Source of the DNA: Amoeboaphelidium protococcarum X5
Taxonomy: Eukaryota; Fungi; Aphelidiomycota
DNA length: 64,000 nt
NCBI GenBank assembly: GCA_023515725.1
Contig: JALDTO010000137.1
Location: forward strand, 1-64,000
Direction: 5' to 3'
This document shows, one piece after another, positions 57,542 to 64,000 of this stretch. The notes beneath the pieces are model-generated. The model was given only the letters and a program-made list of their open reading frames with translations, had not been told where the DNA came from and made no database searches. The translations under genes and the position numbers were made by a program. How positions within the stretch are numbered: position 1 is the stretch's first letter; each line of letters opens with the position of its first letter.

Positions 57542-60500
57542 TCATTATTTACTGTAACGCTTCCCATTTACAGTCCAAGGCTTTAAACGCGTCAAAATGT
57601 TGCACATCATTACAGCATATGCGTACACGTCACCAGCTTTCAGCACTTGTGGTTGTCTCTCCAGGAAATGATGTCTAAAATTCAGCAAAACTTCCGGTGC
57701 AGCATAAGCCACAGACAAACCTCTCTGCTAACTGACCTGGAAAGCTGCAACCTGCAGAGCACTGTCATCAGCGATACAGGAGATTCCAAAGTCGGATAGA
57801 ATAGGGACCAGCCAATGTGCAACAGGATCAGAATCGAGCAGTACATTTTACGGCTTCAAATCACAATGTACAATTTGCTGACTGTGCATATAAGCCAAAG
57901 TCTGAGCCAGAATCTTCAACAAAACATGAACTTGAACCTTACTGTAAGGAAAAACATTAATTGCTTGGCCATCCCCAAGAACATAAGACGACAACGTGCC
58001 AAACGGATAGTACTTCAATAACATGACAGCTTCAGACGTGTCGCAGTAAGCATATAGCTTTGTGATGAAAGGAACATCTCTAAACTTCCATAATAAACTC
58101 AGCTCCTGATAAAATGCCTGCTGATCATTCACAGACATTTACCCAATTGCATGATTACACACCTTGGCCACCGCCTGCTCATTGCCGACCATATCATTAA
58201 TTTTAGGTGCCAGAATGCGGACAGCGTAGATCTTAGACGTACCACCGGCAGCGACTTAATGCAACAACTAAAAGTCAATTCCAAAATCACTCTTGAGAAA
58301 GGCAGGAATGTAGATTGCGTAATTAGTTGATAAAGCTGTGGTCTGCGTTTGCATAGCTGTTGCACTAGGAAGGTAACCAGTTTACTGTGAAGATGAGTAC
58401 GATGTAGCCATGTACACAGGCTTTGACTAAGTGGTTGCCTTAAGCAATGTAAGTCTTTTATGCTATCTATAAACCATGATAGCACCTATGAATACGGCAG
58501 CAATGATAACAAATGCAACAATGCCCAAGATACTTGCGAGAGAGAAGAGACTAGAAGGTTACTACTGAGGAGCCTATGATCCATCATTAGGGTCAGAATA
58601 AGACGACGCAGTGGATGTGAACTCATGACTTGCATAACTAAAAGAGAACGCAAAGGTGAGCATAGTAGATGTTTTATGCGACGACGTAGACCCAACCACG
58701 GTGGAACTATTTAAACTAACAACCAAAGACGACCATACGTAAGTAGACGACTCCAATGTTGTGCTAGTAAAAACATCAGCAGTGGTTGTCGGAGTAGAGG
58801 TAGTAGTTGTTGTTGTCGTGGTAGTAGTCGTTGTTGTCGTGGTAGTTGGAGTAGTTGTTGTGGTAGTGGTAGTCGTTGTCGTCGTGGGAGTAGTAGTCGT
58901 CGTCGTTGTAGTCGTGGTAGCAGTGGTAGTTGGAGTTGTTGTAGTAGTTGTGGTAGTAGTTGTTGTTGTAGTCGTTGTCGTAGTTGTTGTCGTAGTTGTT
59001 GGAGTTGTTGTGGTAGTAGTAGTGGTTGTTGTTGTCGTAGTCGTAGGAGTCGTAGTCGTCGTGGTAGTAGTTGTGGTAGTTGTTGTCGTAGTTGTCGTTG
59101 TCGTAGTTGGAGTTGTTGTTGTAGTGGTGGTGGTAGTCGTAGTAGTCGTCGTAGGGGTCGTCGTAGTCGTCGTGGTAGTAGTTGTACTTGTTGTAGTCGT
59201 CGTGGTAGTAGTTGTTGTACTTGTTGTAGTAGTAGTAGTCGTGGTGGTCGTCGTCGTAGTAGTCGTAGTAGTAGTCGTGGTAGTAGTTGTTGTCGTCACA
59301 GGCTTAGTCCTTGTCGTGGCCAATCTCTAAAATGCACGAGCCTAGCCTTATTGAACCGCTATTCTACCATCATTCACCAATTAGCAGGCAATATTCACAT
59401 ACCCATAGAAATCGACCACTATGCCAAGACCCATATCATCCATAGTACTGCTTACGGTGTAAAAATTATAGGCACTCTACCAGTTTAAAGTAGAAGGACT
59501 CAGTCGCAGGTACACACCATCCTTTCCTCCATTGTTACTGAATGAGCCCGCAGTTCCTTTTATCCAGCCAGTGACCCAAATGTTTCCGTTAGCAAAGTCA
59601 ACATTAATTGCTTCGAAAGCATCTTCAGACGATGAACCATATATCACACTCTTGGCCGACCTAGTACCAGCTAAATTAAACTCAGTAACCCAGCCATCAC
59701 CTAGTCCTGATGCAGATTCTCCATCGATCGAACCCTGGATGTACCCGGCAGCAAATATAGTAGAACCAGAAAGACTAAACGCCAAAGCATTAATTCCAAT
59801 TTTAGTGTAGCCGGACACAACTGTGGATGAGATCTAGCTTCCATCATCAGGACTGAATATAGTCAAGTGTGCATTAACATTGTTAAACACACCACCAGCA
59901 TAAATGTAGTTAGCATTGTTAGGCGCCACTAGAATAGATCTTATATCACATCCAGAAGTTGAAGTCTTTTGTACAGTCCAAATGTGTTGACCAGCGGCGC
60001 TGTACTTTGATAGAAAGCACTGCGAAATAGACAGAGACTGACTTGAGCCCGTGTTAACATAGCCATAAGTATTACCGGCGACGTACACAAACTAGTTGTA
60101 CGAATCGACATATACTGTCTTTGGAAAGTCATTGTACATTGAGCCAAATATACGCGTCCATATCACTGTGCCGACTGAGTTGACCTTAACCAGCGCAATA
60201 TCAACTCCACCGATAAGTGATTGGCCATTGAACGCGTTGCTACAGCGACCCACAGCATATACCTCCAGAGTGGCAGTATCAACGCTAACAGCTTCAAATT
60301 GATTACCAGAGCCAGTGCCAAAGGTGACAGTGCGAGTAATAGTTTATGTTGCAGGGGCCCATTGAACCAGAGCATAAAGGCCATTCTTAGAGCCAGCAAT
60401 CCAGAGCGAGCCATCTGAGCTTAATTTCACGTCAGTTGCGTTATCGCTGACAACCGTTGTGTCATATTGAGCATGAGCGAGTTAAGGCAGAAAAGCAAGC

Positions 60501-60547
60501 AGCAATGACAGCAGATGAAGATAATAATACTAATGCTTAATGATCAT
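57542..60547 (-). CDS. Receptor-like kinase 3, close paralogue of kinase 2; 1001 aa
   Basis: Same architecture, with long peptide segments identical to kinase 2. Ends KPWTVNGKRYSKQ-TGA. Confidence 0.87.
58780..59298 (-). repeat. Poly-Thr (ACN)n coding stalk of kinase 3
   Basis: About 170 codons, mostly Thr, punctuated by Pro. Confidence 0.95.
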
Positions 60548-60850
60548 TAAAGTTAGATAATCAATTTATCAACACTTTTAATTGTTACAGTTATTACTAT
60601 TATTATTATTGAAGTAAGATGACACCATAAGAAGATAAAGACTGTCAAACACTTAAGTGGGCATGTGTGTTACGACTTGCGCTATTTTTAGCACTCAATT
60701 AAGGACATGAGGTTATTATGTAAAAAAACTCGAGAGGGTAGAATAGAGTTGCAAATAACTGTAGAGAATATACTCCGGATAACAATGAAACAAAGCTTTA
60801 ATCAAAGGTCGATAAAGGCGATGGAAGCATTCGTTAAAAGTTAGCAAAAG

Positions 60851-62025
60851 GGGCCGATCTCTTGTTCGTGCACCTCAAAGATTCTTTGAAAATTTTCTGT
60901 AGTAGATCACTAGATGATGGTTCGCTTGTTTCACAAGTATTTTGATATGATTTGTAGCGTTACAGTATATATGGTATCCATTGAAACTGGTCTTAAATCG
61001 AGATATTCTCTCTGAACCCGTGTCTCTCCTATAACTAATAACTCACCTTGTTTGATTATTACTCTGCTAAATATGAAGGTTAAAGTCTCATTAATTGAGG
61101 ACTTGTCGCGTCACTTTAATGTTACTGGTATCATTCTGATTCTGCATCTGTAGCACTATTTGTCTTATTAAGTATCCAAGTCAAGAAAGTGCGCTATCCC
61201 GTTCCTGCCAAGTAAAGATTCTAGACTAGAGCGTTTCATGATGATATTTGCGATTGCAGTCCGTGTGTGCCGAGTTAATCAGAAACTCGGATATCAATGA
61301 CGCATCATGACGTGGTCTGATACGATAGTGTTAGTGATTGAATCAGTCCTGTTAAAATGATGCAAGTTGACGCCTTACTTCTCTTCTTGATAAGAAATTG
61401 CAGAAATTGTGATATTTTTGACTAATAGAAAGTTGCATTTACTGTCCGATTTGGGTTCGCCTCTAATGATACTGTTGCAGTCTTGGCGCTGGTCATTCAT
61501 ATATTGTCACTCTAATGGAGCTTGCATTGTTCATGGAGTTGTTTTGAAGAAGAAGCTTTTGGTTGCGGTTGACTTGGCGGAGTAGATTATTTGCTTGCAA
61601 TGTGTGATGTATGGGTGCATATCTTGCTGAAGTACTATCGCGCTGTAATTAAATGTTTAGTCTCTATATCAAGAAGTATTACGTTTGAGAGTCATTATTG
61701 TTGCATCATACTGTGATTTTCTTTGCGTCTGATTAAATTGGGTAAATGGTGGACGGCTGCCGTGCTTAGTACTGCTATGGAGGCGCTCATTGGTACTGCA
61801 GATGTTGAAAGGCTTATGCAATGAGTTTAAGCAAGGTGTCAAGCTAAATTGGTCAAGGTTAAGGTGATGGTGTCTAGTTGTAATATCAGGTTGAGTTTTT
61901 GGGCTTTGTTACGTCGTTGAGACAGTTCGAGGATTACAGTTGCTACTACGGGGATATGTGGGTACCCCGATGAAAAGATCGCCGGAGCTTTTTTAAAGTG
62001 TACGAGTGATCGCTGAACCCACATG
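60851..62025. repeat. Dispersed ~1.17-kb non-coding element, copy 2
   Basis: Same orientation and ends as 18318-19487. Terminal regions are near-identical and the centre is diverged. Confidence 0.9.
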
Positions 62026-62553
62026 CTGAAGATACGATAAAGCTGAATCTTGAAACGGGCCGCCTTATGCCCTCATACCGCTCTCGTTCTCATTGTTCTT
62101 ACTATATTGTGTAGTACATCTGTTGTGCAACTAAGAGCCAAAGAGAAAGCAGATGCAATCATGATAACTTTGATGTTGTCCTAAGGTAATGTACTTTAAA
62201 GTTGTTTCGTCTCTCTCTTCTCTGCAAGTAAATGAAGTCGCGTTGCATTTCTATAGCTAGTACTAGTAGTTCACATGGTTATAATCCTACGCACCTATCT
62301 TACTTCTTTCAAATTCAAAGGCAATGGTGCCTAGCTTTCGAGAATGTTCTCACTTGACAAACTTTGGTGCGATAATTAGAGATTATAATACTGCCGTTTG
62401 ACGAATTCACGGCGGCTCCTGGGTGTGGTTAGAGTGATAAGGGGCAACTCGGGATCCGATGATGTGCAGTCCTCTATTTTACACACTTTTCTCTCTCTCT
62501 CTAAACATTATAATCTCGGAAATCCATTTAATTCTCTGACTCGAATTTTCGAC

Positions 62554-63354
62554 ATGCAGGTACTTTTGATTTTGGCACTGTTTGTCATTGCTGTAGCTCA
62601 TTTGAATGAAGCTGCTGTGGTGTCGACGCGTAAAAGTGGCAAAGTATCATCAAGTAGTGGTAAATCATCTGGAAAATCACCATTCTCTTCATCAAGCAGT
62701 AAGAACAAGCGCACCACTAGTGAAAGTAAGAAGATTGAAAAGGTTGCGTCGGAACTGGAGAAGGAATTGTCCTAGGATCAGCCGTAATAGTAGTAGCAAT
62801 TGAGGCAGGTATCATTCGTTGGAGTACCTGAGTCTAGCTATAATAATTTCTATGTCAAGGCTTAAAAATCTGCTAAACGTCCATACTATTTCCAGAGAGA
62901 TGTGCCGTTTGCAGCTATCTCTTCTTTCACCGGGTACGATTTGTCCTTTGACAGTGACGCGTACGATAAGCTGGAGAATTATGCTGAAAATCACATGCAG
63001 ATTTTCAGCGGTGCACTGAACGAATTCACTTCTGGTAAAGACACGTACGTTGCAACCGCTCTATCTGTTGACGCGTTCAAGAGTGGGAATTACAAGTTTG
63101 TTCCATATATGTCCCGCACTAATGATGGCAATATCAATGTTGTCATTCTGAATGAGGACAAGTATGAGCTGATTGTAAGAGGATCATGCGATGTCAAATA
63201 GGACGTGGATTAGATTGACTCCAACGTCAACTGGCGTGATGATGATGACGCGGCAAAGTTTGCTTGCAGCCTGTGGAATGGCTTCCGCAAATATGTCTCG
63301 TCAGGTGATCCTCAAATGGGTTATGTGCCTGCTAAGAATGCTCAGCGGTACTGA
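62554..63354 (+). CDS. Secreted protein of unknown function, 266 aa
   Basis: Signal peptide MQVLLILALFVIAVAHLNEA, a Ser/Lys-rich segment, a poly-Gln run spelled TAA-TAG-TAG-TAG-CAA, and a globular C-terminal half. TGA at 63352-63354. Confidence 0.75.
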
Positions 63355-63472
63355 TCTTTAATTCTTTTAAATTTTATACATATTATACTAATTAAAATAA
63401 ATTGCTATCAATTTCATTTGGTTTTAACCTCTTTATTCGCTTTAGTTCATAACTAGGAGTAAAAATATTCTA

Positions 63473-64000
63473 TCAAATCTATTGAGTACACTAGTTACAT
63501 GTATAAGTCTATCGTTCTTATAAACAGCTGGAATGCACTTGATGAGAGCATTTGAGAATCGCTAAAGAATCGTCATCTTGAGCAGTGTCGCGGACGTTAT
63601 TATAATCATTGAGTTTCTAATCGCACAATGAGCATTTTACATCAACATCACCGGCCCCTTTCCTAATAGCTCTGGCTTTCCGTTAACGCTTAAGATATAA
63701 TACAAGCAGATGAAGATAATCCTCCTGATATATGACATTAGTCTCCACCAAAAGATTGAGAGTAGATTTGAATTCCTTAATACTGCTAATCAATGCATCT
63801 CGGATAGCTCTAGTTAGTCTTGCATCATTGCCAATGAAACTGAGGAGCTTCAGAATATCAATTTACTCATAAGCATTTACCAGTAGCTATTGAAGCAGTT
63901 CTGGCCACTGGGAACTCTGCTCCAACACACGCTACCACACGTCCTCGTCCTTAACACTGAGACAGAAATTAACAATAGACACCACATCTCGTGTCTGGAA
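63473..64000 (-). CDS. VPS41: 3' end of a HOPS subunit Vps41-like gene with RING-H2 (partial)
   Basis: DVVSIVNFCLSVKDEDVWQRVLE, then CSLC..CSHQVHSSC..CNQC-TQQI-TGA. The 5' part lies outside the window. Confidence 0.72.

Noticed and set aside
54588-59298. CRISPR array or telomeric repeat
   Set aside because: There is no repeat-spacer structure. These are in-frame trinucleotide coding repeats.

Overview
Gene-dense, intron-poor eukaryotic DNA that does not use the standard genetic code. TAA and TAG are read as Gln and TGA is the only stop, so the supplied ORF track shows fragments of longer genes. Re-reading under this code (NCBI table 6) gives about 33 CDSs ending in TGA; one (VPS41) is cut by the window edge. 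Fungal-type genes (HOG1, CHO2, PMC1) sit beside genes absent from model yeasts (CC2D1/Lgd, an ABP34-like actin bundler). That mix plus TAR=Gln suggests an aphelid such as Amoeboaphelidium, a parasitoid of algae; this assignment is inference. Main points of interest: (1) three tandem receptor-like kinases built as signal peptide, SBBP beta-propeller, Ser/Thr stalk, TM helix and a kinase that ends just after subdomain IX; (2) two secreted proteins with BTB/POZ-like domains, candidate effectors; (3) a ~1.17-kb non-coding element in two copies with complementary ends and no target-site duplication; (4) an excess of Gln as the last residue before TGA; (5) over-representation of ACGCGT; (6) a bacterial-type LUD-domain gene carrying an intron. 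All translations and counts were done by eye, and no database searches were run.
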